From contig CAVZDU010000001.1 of assembly GCA_963774265.1 (NCBI GenBank), positions 1,056,001-1,120,000 of the forward strand: DNA of 64,000 bases. The letters are read 5' to 3'. Positions 40,965-52,692 of this stretch are shown in pieces. How positions within the stretch are numbered: the stretch's first letter is position 1; every line of letters starts with the position of its first letter. The notes below the pieces were generated by a model. The model worked only from the letters and a program-made list of their open reading frames with translations. It had not been told where the DNA came from and ran no database searches. The position numbers and the translations under genes are program-made. This stretch comes from an uncultured Chloroflexia bacterium (GTDB lineage: Bacteria > Chloroflexota > Anaerolineae > CG2-30-64-16).

Positions 40965-42335
40965 GTGCCAGTGGTACGCATTTATCAGGCCGCGGAGGCG
41001 CGGCAAACAATCTTGCTCCGCAAGCCGTGGGAAGATCAGGAGATGCCGGACCGCGTCCTGGATGGGGTCGAGCGTATCTTCGGTGAGCGGCTGAGCCCAG
41101 CAGAGGCGGTGGCCCGCATCCTGCGTGACGTTCGCGTGCGCGGGGATGCGGCGCTGCGTGAGTGGTCGGCGCGCATCGATGGGCGATTACGGGACGCTCA
41201 ATTGGAGGTTCCGCGTGATGCCTGGGCCGAGGCCTATCATCGGCTGCCTACAGAACAGCGGGGGGCGCTCGACCTCGCCGCGGAGCGCGTGACAGCCTTC
41301 CACCGCAAGCAGCCGATGGACTCGTGGGTCGATTCGGGGCCGGATGGCACGTTAGGCCAGTTGATCCGGCCGCTCGACAGCGTCGGTGTCTATGTGCCCG
41401 GCGGCACCGCACCCCTGCCCTCTTCGTTGCTGATGGCCGCCATCCCGGCGCGTGTGGCCGGTGTGGGGCAGGTGATCGTGTGCACGCCGCCCGGCCGCGG
41501 TGGATCGTCCCAGAATCTTCAATCTTCAGTCTTCGATCAATACAATGTCCCCGACCTGATCCTGGCGGCCGCGCACGTGGCCCAGGTGGATCGGCTGTTT
41601 GCGCTGGGCGGGGCACAGGCGGTTGCTGCCATGGCCTATGGCACTGAGACCGTGCCCTCGGTGGACAAAATCGTCGGCGCGGGAGGGTTGTTCATCACCC
41701 TGGCCAAGCGACAGGTGATCGGCAGCGTTGGCATCGATGGTTTTTACGGCCCGACTGAGACGGTGGTTATCGCCGACGATAGCGCGGACCCGGCCTGGGT
41801 GGCCGCCGATCTGTTGGCGCAGGCCGAGCACGACGTCCTGGCTTCGCCCATCCTGCTGACCCCGTCCAGGACGCTTGCAGAGCGCGTCGCGGTACAACTG
41901 GCTGCCCAACTGGAGAACTTGAGCCGGGCCGTGATTGCTGCAACCTCCTTGCTCGCGCGAGGGGGCATTGTCCTCACGGCCGACCTGGCGGAAGCAGTGG
42001 TGCTGGCCAATGCGTACGCACCGGAGCACCTGTGCCTTCTTGTCAGGGATCCCTGGACGTTAGTGGGCCAGATTCGCAACGCGGGAGGCATCTTTGTTGG
42101 CGAGCACTCGTTCGAGGTGCTCGGCGATTATGTGGCCGGTCCGAGTCACGTCATGCCAACCGAAGGCAGCGCGCGCTACAGCAGCCCACTGAGCGTTGCG
42201 GACTTTGTCAAGCGCATCAGCCTGGTTGCCTTCGGCGCCGAGGCAGGCAGCCGGCTGGCCAAGGCGGCTGCGGTGCTGGCGCGCGGCGAGAGCCTGACTG
42301 CGCACGCTGCGGCGGCGGAAATGCGTGTCTATTGA
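40965..42335 (+). CDS. hisD: Histidinol dehydrogenase
   Basis: YVPGG, GGAQA, GPTE, AQAEHD, APEHL, GDYVAGPSHVMPT. Confidence 0.96.
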   Translation: MPVVRIYQAAEARQTILLRKPWEDQEMPDRVLDGVERIFGERLSPAEAVARILRDVRVRGDAALREWSARIDGRLRDAQLEVPRDAWAEAYHRLPTEQRGALDLAAERVTAFHRKQPMDSWVDSGPDGTLGQLIRPLDSVGVYVPGGTAPLPSSLLMAAIPARVAGVGQVIVCTPPGRGGSSQNLQSSVFDQYNVPDLILAAAHVAQVDRLFALGGAQAVAAMAYGTETVPSVDKIVGAGGLFITLAKRQVIGSVGIDGFYGPTETVVIADDSADPAWVAADLLAQAEHDVLASPILLTPSRTLAERVAVQLAAQLENLSRAVIAATSLLARGGIVLTADLAEAVVLANAYAPEHLCLLVRDPWTLVGQIRNAGGIFVGEHSFEVLGDYVAGPSHVMPTEGSARYSSPLSVADFVKRISLVAFGAEAGSRLAKAAAVLARGESLTAHAAAAEMRVY

Positions 42336-42357
42336 AGATTACAGATTGAAGATCGCA
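42330..42357 (+). repeat. Heptamer array x4 filling the hisD-hisC gap
   Basis: tattgaa gattaca gattgaa gatcgca, then gATG. Confidence 0.85.
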
Positions 42358-42358
42358 G

Positions 42359-43501
42359 ATGAGTGAATCGCGTTTTGCTGAGCTGTTGCGGCCGCATATC
42401 GCGGACATGGAAGGCTACACGCCGATCTTGCCGTTCGAGGTGCTCAGCCGGCAGTTGGGCCGCGCACCCGAAGAGATCGTCAAGCTGGACGCCAACGAGA
42501 ACCCCTACGGGCCAGCCGCTGCGGTCCGGGAGGCGCTCGCAGCGTATCCCTTCTTCCACATCTACCCCGACCCGGAGCAGCGAGAACTGCGTGCTGCGTT
42601 GGCGGAGTATACCGGCGTGCCGCCCGACAACATCCTGCCCGGTCACGGGGCAGATGAGCTGATTGACCTGCTCTGCCGGCTCACCCTGGGCCCCGGCGAC
42701 GCCGTCGTAGATTGCCCGCCTACCTTTGGCATGTATAGCTTCGACGCCGGGATAGCCGGCGCGGCTGTGACCCTGGTCTGGCGCCGGGCGGATTTCAGCG
42801 TCGATTGCGAAGGAATCAGCGAGGCAATCACAATCGGCGCGCACAGGGGCGAACGGCCGCTCGTCCCTACAATCGGTGTGCCAAAGCTGCTTTTCTTGAC
42901 CTCACCAAACAATCCGGATGGAAACCTGCTGCCGTTCGATACGCTGCTTCGGTTGCTGAGACTCCCCGTGCTTGTCATCGTAGACGAGGCCTATATCGAG
43001 TTTGCGGGTTTGGAGTTTTCTGTCGCTCACTGGGTGCTCGAGCACGATAACCTGATCGTCCTCCGCACCTTCAGCAAGTGGGCGGGCATCGCGGGGCTGC
43101 GGCTGGGCTATGGCATCTTCCCCACCTGGCTGATGCCGGCTCTGTGGAAGGCCAAGCAGCCGTATAATGTCAACGTGGCGGCGACGGTTGCAGGGCTGGC
43201 GTCGCTCAACCATCGGGCTGAGATCCAACCGACCGTGGAAGCACTCATCCGAGAGCGGGAGCGGCTACAGCGGGAATTGGGACGGGTGCCATTCCTTCAG
43301 CCGTACCCGAGCCGGGCCAACTTTGTCCTGTGCCGGGTGGTGGGGCGAGATGCGGCCGGCCTGAAAGCGGAACTGGCGGTCCAAGGCATCCTGGTGCGGC
43401 ACTACGCCAAACCCGGACTGGAGAACTGCATCCGGGTGAGCGTGGGAAAACCTGAGCAGACAGACGCGCTGCTGGCAGCATTGCGGCAAGTCGATGCGTA
43501 G
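42359..43501 (+). CDS. hisC: Histidinol-phosphate aminotransferase
   Basis: [33 protein letters not shown]. Confidence 0.96.
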   Translation: MSESRFAELLRPHIADMEGYTPILPFEVLSRQLGRAPEEIVKLDANENPYGPAAAVREALAAYPFFHIYPDPEQRELRAALAEYTGVPPDNILPGHGADELIDLLCRLTLGPGDAVVDCPPTFGMYSFDAGIAGAAVTLVWRRADFSVDCEGISEAITIGAHRGERPLVPTIGVPKLLFLTSPNNPDGNLLPFDTLLRLLRLPVLVIVDEAYIEFAGLEFSVAHWVLEHDNLIVLRTFSKWAGIAGLRLGYGIFPTWLMPALWKAKQPYNVNVAATVAGLASLNHRAEIQPTVEALIRERERLQRELGRVPFLQPYPSRANFVLCRVVGRDAAGLKAELAVQGILVRHYAKPGLENCIRVSVGKPEQTDALLAALRQVDA

Positions 43502-43525
43502 GGGCGACCGGCTGCTCGCCCCCAC
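43498..43525 (+). repeat. GTAG-type REP palindrome overlapping the hisC stop
   Basis: gtaggggcgaccggctgctcgcccccac; a second degenerate copy lies inside hisC at 42845-42870. Confidence 0.7.
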
Positions 43526-43545
43526 GCCAGAAATACGGAGGAACC

Positions 43546-44133
43546 ATGCGTTCTGCGACGATAGATCGAACGACCGGCGAGACCGAGATTCATTTGACCC
43601 TGGGGTTGGATGGCCGAGGGCGAGCGAAGGTGAATACCGGCGTGGGATTCTTGGACCACATGTTGGCGTTGTTCGCCCACCATGGCCTGTTTGACCTGAC
43701 CGTCGAGGCCAAGGGCGACCTGCAGGTGGATGCACATCACACTGTCGAGGATACTGCAATCTGCCTGGGCCAGGCGCTGGACCGGGCACTGGAAAATCGC
43801 GGCGGCATCGTGCGAACGGCGCACAGCTATGTGCCGATGGACGAGGCGCTGGGCTTCGTGGCTGTAGATCTCAGCGGCCGGCCCTACGCGGTCGTGGACG
43901 TGACCTGGCATGGTTCCACGCTGGGCGGTATGGATGCTGACCTGGTGCATCACTTCCTGGAGACGATGGCCACGCACGGCCGGCTGAACCTGCACGCGCG
44001 TGTCCTCTACGGCCACAACGACCATCATCAGGCGGAGGCCCTGTTCAAGGCGCTCGGGCGCAGCCTTGACGTGGCGACCTCGGTGGACCCGCGGCGGCAG
44101 GGTGTGCCTTCCACCAAGGGGATGCTGGCGTGA
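43546..44133 (+). CDS. hisB: Imidazoleglycerol-phosphate dehydratase
   Basis: [33 protein letters not shown]. Confidence 0.96.
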   Translation: MRSATIDRTTGETEIHLTLGLDGRGRAKVNTGVGFLDHMLALFAHHGLFDLTVEAKGDLQVDAHHTVEDTAICLGQALDRALENRGGIVRTAHSYVPMDEALGFVAVDLSGRPYAVVDVTWHGSTLGGMDADLVHHFLETMATHGRLNLHARVLYGHNDHHQAEALFKALGRSLDVATSVDPRRQGVPSTKGMLA

Positions 44134-44138
44134 TGGGC

Positions 44139-44173
44139 GGTTGAAGATTGAGGATTGAAGATTGAAGATTGAA
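44139..44173 (+). repeat. Heptamer array x5 in the hisB-hisH gap
   Basis: ggttgaa gattgag gattgaa gattgaa gattgaa. Confidence 0.88.
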
Positions 44174-44863
44174 GACCCGACGGAGGAGCCCTGGATCGCC
44201 GTTGTTGACTATGGCGTAGGGAACCTGCGCAATGTGTACAAGGCGCTGGAGGCTGTTGGCGCGCCGGCGCGGATCGTCACGTCGCCCGCTGGGCTGCGGG
44301 GGGCGGCGGGGATCGTGCTGCCAGGGGTCGGTGCTTTCGGCGATGCTGCCGCGAACTTGCGCAGCGCCGGCTTCGAGGCGCCCCTACACGTCGCCATGGA
44401 CGCGGGAACGCCGTTGCTGGGCATCTGCGTGGGAATGCAGTTGTTATTCGATGAGAGCGAGGAGATGGGACAGCACACCGGATTGGGCGTGATCCCGGGG
44501 CGCGTCCTGCGCTTCGCCGCCGACATGCGCGGGCCGGACGGCGGGCCTGCGGGCCGAGCGCTCAAGGTGCCGCAGATCGGCTGGAACCAGCTCCACCACC
44601 GCGGGACGGATCCACTGCTGGCCGACGTTCCCGATGGCGCCTACGCATACTTCGTGCATTCTTACTTCTGTGCGCCGCTGGATGCCACATCCATCCTGGC
44701 GACGACCGATTTCGGGACAGATTATGCCTCCGTGGTGCGTCGCGACAACGTCTGGGGCATCCAATGCCACCCCGAGAAGAGCCAGGCGGTGGGGCTGCAG
44801 ATTTTGCGGAACTTCGTGGCGATCGCTATGGGTGAAACTGAGGAAGGGAGTCGAAGGGGAAAA
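44162..44863 (+). CDS. hisH: Imidazole glycerol phosphate synthase glutaminase subunit (reads in frame into hisA; start uncertain)
   Basis: DYG.GN, LPGVG, GICVGMQ, YFVHS, Q.HPEKS. Confidence 0.92.
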
Positions 44864-45646
44864 GTGACGATTATCATCTACCCGGCCATCGATCTGCGCG
44901 GCGGCCAGGTAGTGCGTCTGCGGCAGGGCGATCCGGCTGCACAGACCACCTATGGCGACGATCCTGCTGCGGCAGCGCGGCGTTGGGCCGAGCAAGGCGC
45001 TGAGTGGCTGCACGTGGTCAATCTGGACGGCGCGTTTGCCGGTGAGGCGACCGCCAGGCCTTCGAAGTCTGACAAGACCTCAAAAACCTTTGCGTTGCCC
45101 CTCAACCTGCAGCGGCTCGCTGAGATTCGCGCTGCGATGACGCTGCCGATCCAGTTCGGCGGCGGAATGCGGACATTGGCCGATGTGGCATTGGGACTGG
45201 AACTCGGCGCAACGCGCATCGTGCTGGGCACGGTTGCCGTCCGCGAGCCGGAGATCGTGGGCGAGGCTGTCAGACGATTCGGCAGCGATCGGATCGTCGT
45301 CGGCATTGATGCGCGTGACGGTCTGGTGGCGACGCATGGCTGGCAAGAGACCTCTGCACTGGACACGCTGACCGTGGCTCTGCGTATGCATGACCTGGGC
45401 GTCCAGCGGATCGTCTACACCGACATCGCCCGCGACGGCACCTTGTCCGGGGTCAACGTGTCAGCCACGGCGGCGCTGGCCCGAGGGAGCGGACTGAAGG
45501 TTATCGCCAGCGGCGGCGTCGCTTCCCTGGCCGACATCCGTGCCCTTGCCGGCTTCAAAGCCGACGGCATCGAGGGCGTGATCGTGGGGCAGGCGCTGTA
45601 CACCGGGGCGATCGATCTGCGCGAAGCGATTGCCGCGGGTAGATAG
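44864..45646 (+). CDS. hisA: ProFAR isomerase
   Basis: [31 protein letters not shown]; own GTG start with AAGGGG SD. Confidence 0.94.
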   Translation: MTIIIYPAIDLRGGQVVRLRQGDPAAQTTYGDDPAAAARRWAEQGAEWLHVVNLDGAFAGEATARPSKSDKTSKTFALPLNLQRLAEIRAAMTLPIQFGGGMRTLADVALGLELGATRIVLGTVAVREPEIVGEAVRRFGSDRIVVGIDARDGLVATHGWQETSALDTLTVALRMHDLGVQRIVYTDIARDGTLSGVNVSATAALARGSGLKVIASGGVASLADIRALAGFKADGIEGVIVGQALYTGAIDLREAIAAGR

Positions 45647-45660
45647 CCCGAGGTTAGGTT

Positions 45661-46422
45661 ATGCTTGCGAAACGCATCATCCCTTGTCTCGACATCAAAA
45701 ACGGCCGCGTCGTCAAGGGTGTCAACTTCCTGGAACTGCGCGACGCCGGCGATCCGGTGGAGCAGGCGCAGGTGTATGATCATGAAGGGGCCGACGAGCT
45801 GGTCTTCCTGGACATCACCGCCAGCCACGAGCGTCGCGACATCGTGATCGACATGGTGCGCCGCGTGGCCGATACCGTTTTCATCCCCTTTACGGTGGGT
45901 GGCGGCATTCGCACGGTGGATGACATGCGCGCCCTGCTGCTGGCAGGCGCGGACAAAGTCTCTATCAACTCGCCGGCGGTCCGCACACCCGAGCTGGTGA
46001 CCGCGGGGGCGACCCGCTTCGGCAGCCAGTGCGTCGTCGTCGCCATCGACGGGAAGTGGCAGGGCGATCACTGGGAGGTGTTCATTGACGGCGGACGGGT
46101 GCCTACCGGGCTCGATGTGGTGGATTGGAGCCGGCGGGTCGAGCAGCTGGGCGCCGGCGAGATCCTGCTGACCAGCATGGACACAGACGGAACCCAGCGC
46201 GGATTTGACCTGCCGATGCTGGCCGCGGTGAGTGAAGCCGTATCGATCCCGGTGATCGCCTCGGGCGGGGCAGGCGAGCCAGCGCATTTCTACGATGCGT
46301 TGACAAAGGGCGGGGCCGATGCGGCCCTGGCTGCATCGTTGTTTCACTACCGGATGCTTTCCGTGGGTCAAGTCAAAGCGTACCTCGCAGAACGCGGCGT
46401 GCCGGTGCGACAAACAGCATAA
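45661..46422 (+). CDS. hisF: Imidazole glycerol phosphate synthase cyclase subunit
   Basis: [32 protein letters not shown]. Confidence 0.97.
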   Translation: MLAKRIIPCLDIKNGRVVKGVNFLELRDAGDPVEQAQVYDHEGADELVFLDITASHERRDIVIDMVRRVADTVFIPFTVGGGIRTVDDMRALLLAGADKVSINSPAVRTPELVTAGATRFGSQCVVVAIDGKWQGDHWEVFIDGGRVPTGLDVVDWSRRVEQLGAGEILLTSMDTDGTQRGFDLPMLAAVSEAVSIPVIASGGAGEPAHFYDALTKGGADAALAASLFHYRMLSVGQVKAYLAERGVPVRQTA

Positions 46423-46441
46423 AGGGAGATGTGAACAGCTC

Positions 46442-46723
46442 ATGAGCGAAGTCCTACAGAGTCTGTGGCACACCATTGAGGAGCGGAAGAGCAACCCGCC
46501 GGCAGGATCATATACCGCAAAGCTGTTCGCGGCCGGCTTGCCGCGTATCGCGCAAAAGGTAGGTGAAGAAGGCGTCGAGACGGTCGTTGCCGGCCTCAGC
46601 CAGGGGGATGATCGGGTCATCGCCGAGATGGCCGACCTGGTCTATCATTGCATGGTGTTGTTGGCGGCCAGGAACCTGAGCTGGGACGCTGTGGAAAAAG
46701 AACTGGCCCAGCGGTTCAGATAG
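46442..46723 (+). CDS. hisE: Phosphoribosyl-ATP pyrophosphohydrolase, standalone
   Basis: SYT..L, KVGEE..E, E.ADL.YH. Confidence 0.93.
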   Translation: MSEVLQSLWHTIEERKSNPPAGSYTAKLFAAGLPRIAQKVGEEGVETVVAGLSQGDDRVIAEMADLVYHCMVLLAARNLSWDAVEKELAQRFR

Positions 46724-46760
46724 GCATGCGACACTTCACAGCTCGCGCAGGATTTCTTCG

Positions 46761-46788
46761 CCAAATCTTCAATCTGTGATCTTCAATC
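46761..46788 (-). repeat. Heptamer array x4 in reverse orientation after hisE
   Basis: ccaaatc ttcaatc tgtgatc ttcaatc. Confidence 0.8.
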
Positions 46789-46789
46789 T

Positions 46790-46999
46790 TCAGCCGTCAC
46801 TCTCCTCACTGACCACCGACAGGAGATGTAGGCCGAGATCGCGAAGCATGGTAAGCACCCCGTACAGCGCGGCCTGATCGACGACGACCCCGGACAGGAT
46901 CGTCTCGCCCTCGCCGGTACAGGTCATGCTCAGCCCGGCGAACCAGGCGGACCAGTCCTCATCGATGCGTCCTTTGACGCGAATCTCGACGGTGTGCAT
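46790..46999 (-). CDS. Small ACT-like protein (69 aa), last gene of the exporter operon
   Basis: EIRVKG....W..WF...T.L.G...DQAALYG.L..LRDL...L.SV; homologous to the N-terminus of 62380..63114. Confidence 0.8.
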   Translation of the reverse strand: MHTVEIRVKGRIDEDWSAWFAGLSMTCTGEGETILSGVVVDQAALYGVLTMLRDLGLHLLSVVSEESDG

Positions 47000-47006
47000 C
47001 GTTCGC

Positions 47007-48317
47007 CTACTCGATCGTCACCGTGGCGGTCATGTTCCAGCGGAGGCGCTCCTCGTAATTGTCGGGCTGGACGACCACGGTGTAGGTCATCTCGCCCTGC
47101 TTCTTGGCGCCCATCGGTTTGATTCGGACGACCTTGCCGGTCAACGTCACCCCGGGCAGCGCATCGAACTCCAGGTTCACCGGCGCGCCTTCTTTGACCT
47201 TGACCACATCCAGCTCGGTCAGGTCGTCGGTCTCGATGTGCCAGGCCGCAGAGATCGGCCAGCTGCATCACCGGCGTCCCCGCCAGGATCTGTTCCCCGA
47301 CCACCGGCGCGATCTCGGCCACCGTCCCGGCGAAGGGCGCCTTCAACTCGGCATCGCTCAAGGCCGGCGCGGGCCTCCTTCAGGCTGGCTTGCGCCGCAG
47401 GCCAGGTTCGCCTCGGCCGCCTGCACGGTCTCCGATCGGGCGCCCGCTTGCAGCAGGTCGAACTGCGCCTGGGCGCGGCGGAGCTCCGCCTCGGCCGCCG
47501 CCAGGTCGTCGGTCCGCGCCGGGGCGCTGAGACTGGCGAGCTGGGCCTGCGCCTGGCGCACCTGCGCCCGCGCCGCCGCCAGGTCGCCGGGCCGCGCGCC
47601 GCGTTTCACATCCTCCAGCCGGGCCCTGGCCGCATTGTAGGCGTTCGTCGCTTGTTCCAGCGCCAAGGCTTCGGGCCGGCGGCCAATATCGGACGAGCCG
47701 GCCACGGCGTCATAGACTGCCTGGGCCTGGCGGAGCGCCGCCTCCGCATTGGCCAGGTCGGCGGTGGCCGCGATCACCTGGGGTTGGGTGGCGCCTTCCC
47801 GGACTTGCTGCAGGTTGGCGGTCGCACCATCCACCACGGCCTGGGCCGCGGCAATGTCTTCCGGCTTCGCACCGGCTTTGATCATGGCCACCTGGCCCGC
47901 GGCCGCGTCGACGGCCGCCTGGGCGCTCTGGAGCTCCTCGGCCCGCGCGCCGGCCGTGAGCTCGTCCAGCTGGGCCTGGCTGCGTGCGACGCCCGCCTCG
48001 GCCTGGGCGACGGCCGCCTCCAGGCGCCCTTGCTGCAGGCGCAATAGGGGCTGGCCCGCCGCAACCTGCTCTCCCTCCGCCACGAGCACCTCCCCCACGA
48101 TGCCGCTGACCGGCATGCTGAGCGAGGCCTCCAGGGCCGGCACGACCACGCCGTCGGCCACGACCTTGTCGGGCGCACGCACAGGCTGCGGAGTCGCAGT
48201 TGGCGCTGCGCTGCCCGCGGCCGGTGCACCGCCGGTGCATCCCGCCAAGGCGATCAACAAGCCGAGCAGCGCCAAAAGAACCCCCCACTTGCGTACGAAT
48301 ACAGAGAATCCACACAT
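47007..48317 (-). CDS. HlyD/MacA-type adaptor, probable lipoprotein (frameshifts at ~47240-47400)
   Basis: LAGC lipobox, V.EGEQV..G, coiled coil, APFAG, LRWNMTA. Confidence 0.85.
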
Positions 48318-48333
48318 TGCCTGCCTCCGTTAG

Positions 48334-48447
48334 GATTGTGGATTGAAGATGAAAGATTGAAGACCCAGCACCGTTGGTCCGGGGCAGATATTGCATGTTC
48401 GACGTTGTAATCTTCAATCTTCAATCTTCAATCGTCAATCGTCATTT
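48334..48447. repeat. Two opposed heptamer arrays (4 direct units, 6 inverted units) around a 44-bp spacer
   Basis: gattgtg gattgaa gatgaaa gattgaa ... tgtaatc ttcaatc ttcaatc ttcaatc gtcaatc gtcattt. Confidence 0.85.
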
Positions 48448-48453
48448 CTGTAC

Positions 48454-50907
48454 CTATTCGTTGTAGGCCAGCACCTGGCGCACGCTGAGATTGGCAGCCT
48501 GCTGCGCCGGGGAATAGCTGGCCACGGCCGAGATCACGATCACCAACCCCAGCCACAACAGCACGCCGGTCATGGATACGATATAGGTCAACGTGATGTT
48601 CATGGTGACTTTGCCGACGACCTGGCCGATCACTTTGCCCAGGGGGTAGGCCAGCAGCACCCCGACCACCCAGCTCAGCAACCCGATCAGCACGCCCTCG
48701 ACGATCACGACCTGCAGCATGGCCCCGTGACCGGCGCCGATGGCGCGCAGGATGCCGACCTCGCGGATACGCTCCAGCACATTCAGGCTCATGGTGCCGG
48801 CCAACCCGATGCCGCCGACGAAGGCCAGGAGGACGGCCATGCTCATGAGCAGGTTGGTCACGATGCCGAACAGCGTCCCAGCGCTGCTGCGCATCTGGTC
48901 GATGGTCTGCACATAACTGACCTCAAGGCCGGCCTCGACGAACCGGGCTTGCAGCGCCTCGGCGATCTGGACGCGCTGAGGCCGCGTCGTGGCGGTCGGT
49001 CATTATCATGAGAGAGCTGACCCGGCCCGGCGTGCCGAAGCGAGGAGCCAGGTACTCGTAGTTTGTATACCCGATAGCCTGAGGCAGAGCCCAGCGCATC
49101 ACGCCTACGATCTGCCAGGTGGTCTCGTCGCCACTGATCTCCAGGACCAGTTCGTCGCCCACCTTGAGATCCGGCTCTTCAGTCAAAAAGTTGGCGCTCA
49201 CTACCAGGGCGTTCTCGTCGTCGGGCGTGAGCCATCGTCCCTCCGCCAGCATCGGGCTGACCATCTTGCTGTCCGCGGGCGGGGCATTAATCGCCGATAT
49301 CTGTGCCATCGCTGCCGTCGGGGCGGATGCGGTAGCCTCCGGCGCCGCCCCACCCCTCCACGCGCTCGACGCCCGGGACACTGGCGGCGATCGACTCCAG
49401 CAGGCTCAGGCGGTAGTCCTGGTTGAGCCCCACCTGGGCATCACCGGCAAAGTATCGAAAGACATCGTCTACGGTTCGCTGGAGAGACGTGCGCACGTTC
49501 ATCACAGCGACGAAGGTGGCGCCGGCCAGGGAGAGGGTGAACAGGGTCAGCATCAGGCGGCCCTTGTTGCGAAAGGTGTTTCTGACCGACAAGGCGATCG
49601 GGGCCGGCAGGCCCGTCAGGCCCTTTATGAAGCGATCGAACCGGCTGCGGCCAAACTCGTTGCCGGTCACACCGTAACTGGTGATCGCCTCCCGCACGGT
49701 CACCCCGCAGCCGGACAGGATGGGTATCAGCCCGGCTCCCAGCGGCACGAGTATGGCGAGTGCCGCCTGGAACAGCAGCACCGGGAGTGAAACGCTGAAC
49801 TCAGGCAGGTTGAAGTCGAGCAGGTAGGCCATGAGGTTGATGATCCAGCGGCCGGCCCAGTTCGCGAGCGGCACGGCAATGGCCAGCGCAGCCAGGCCAA
49901 ACAGGACCACCATGCCCAGGTACAGCGGGACGATCTGGCGGGTTTGGGCACCGATTGCCTTCATCACCCCGATCTGGCGCGTCTGCTGCGCCAGCAGCGC
50001 CGAGATGGTGTTGACGAGCAGCAATACGCTGAGCAGCAGGGAGAAGACACCGAGCGCAGCGAGCAGGGCGACCAGGCCCTGATAGAGGGCGTCCTGCGGC
50101 AGTTTGCCGGGCGTGGGTATGTCTATCCGTGTCACCTCCAGCCCGCTTCTGTTCAATTGGCGCTCGACCGTTACGGCCACCTCATCGATGTGGTCTACAT
50201 CGGTATTGGTCACCTGTCACCCGCACGAGCAGGTGGTCATAGGTGCGCGGATAGCCGAGCCATTCCATCGTGTCAAAGGTCACGTAGCCATAGGCGCTGC
50301 CCGTCCAGGGGGCAGAACCGTGCACGCTGTCGTAGACCATGCCGGCCATCGTCACTTTGCGGTTGATGCCGGACGGCGTTTCGACCAACAAGGTGTCGCC
50401 CTGCCTTGCGTTGGGTGTCAGGCCCATCGGGACGCCGGGCAGCTGTGAGGTGCGCTCGATCAGGATCTGCCGCTCAGGGGGAGGGTAGACGCCCGGGCTG
50501 GGCCAGCGTTCGGGGTCGGGGCCAAAGGCTTCCTCGCGCTGCAGAATGCCGATCCGTATGTTCTCGTAGTCCGATACGGCGTACAGACGCATGGGATACC
50601 AGGTCTCGGATTGGGGATGCTGAAACATGACCATGATCTGCCGGCGGCCTTCCGCCTCGGCTATCTGCGGCAGGCGCCTGATGACCTCTACCAGCTCGTC
50701 ATCGAAGGATCCGTCGACATAGAGGATTGCGTTGGGCGGGTTGGCGGCCTCGTAGCTGACCACCATTTGGTTGGCGACGATGTCCCTCATGATGGCCACC
50801 GTGCCCACCGCGAAGACGCCTACCGCGATGGAGAGGATCACGAGCACGGTGCGGCGCTTGTTGCGCCAGATGTCCCGCCAGGATCTTGCGCCAGCGTGGG
50901 CTAATCA

Positions 50908-50908
<1 letters not shown>
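48454..50908 (-). CDS. ABC exporter permease, double FtsX (several frameshifts)
   Basis: SPRWRK, QIGVMKAIGA, ERIREVGILRAIGA across four partial ORFs. Confidence 0.85.
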
Positions 50909-52095
<1,187 letters not shown>

Positions 52096-52114
52096 AGTAG
52101 AGCCCCCTACCCGC

Positions 52115-52564
52115 TCAAAGCTGTGGGCTTTCGTCGTACTCCTCGCCAGTGCGGCTCGCGGCGAGCTGTCCGCCGAGCCAGCCTCCAACGATGGCCAACA
52201 CGGCATGGATCCCCATGCCCAGGTCGGGCCCCCACGAGAAGGCTCGCCAGGCCGCAACCAGGATGGCCAGCAAGACGCCGGTGATGAGACCGGCCTTGAG
52301 ATGGTCGCTCTCCGCGTCCCGCGCGGCCATCCGTCCGCCAATGAAGCCTCCCAGCAAGATGAGCAGCGCGGCCAAGATCTGGAAAGGCAGGCTCTTGATG
52401 GCGGCGATCATCTGATCCTGAGGCGGCATCCCACGCGCCTGGAAGCCCAGCACTACGCCATAGATGGTCTGCAGGATCAGGTTGCCCACGACGCCGATGA
52501 GAAAGCCGACGAGCGTGCCGATGACGACGCGCCCCCATTTCACGGACGAAGAACCGGACGACAT
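52115..52564 (-). CDS. Hypothetical 4-TM membrane protein, first gene of the exporter operon
   Basis: Four hydrophobic helices; GGAGG SD. Confidence 0.75.
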   Translation of the reverse strand: MSSGSSSVKWGRVVIGTLVGFLIGVVGNLILQTIYGVVLGFQARGMPPQDQMIAAIKSLPFQILAALLILLGGFIGGRMAARDAESDHLKAGLITGVLLAILVAAWRAFSWGPDLGMGIHAVLAIVGGWLGGQLAASRTGEEYDESPQL

Positions 52565-52603
52565 CCTGGACCTCCTCGAATATGCGATGTAATATTTGCT
52601 ATC

Positions 52604-52690
52604 ATTATGGCAACGAAGGAGGGGCGCGTCATGACCCGTGAAGGGTGATCTGCGGGTAATCTTGTGGGTGCACTTGCACTATAGGGTAGG
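52604..52690 (-). promoter_or_regulatory. Promoter with a candidate LuxR/MalT-type box and phased half-sites
   Basis: CATAAT -10; ATGACCC-N5-GGGTGAT at 52631-52649 overlapping -35; GGGT half-sites at 52643, 52654, 52666. Confidence 0.55.
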
Positions 52691-52692
52691 AT

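Noticed and set aside
40896-48447. Heptamer arrays as a CRISPR array
   Set aside because: Units are 7 bp and contiguous with no unique spacers, and no cas genes are present
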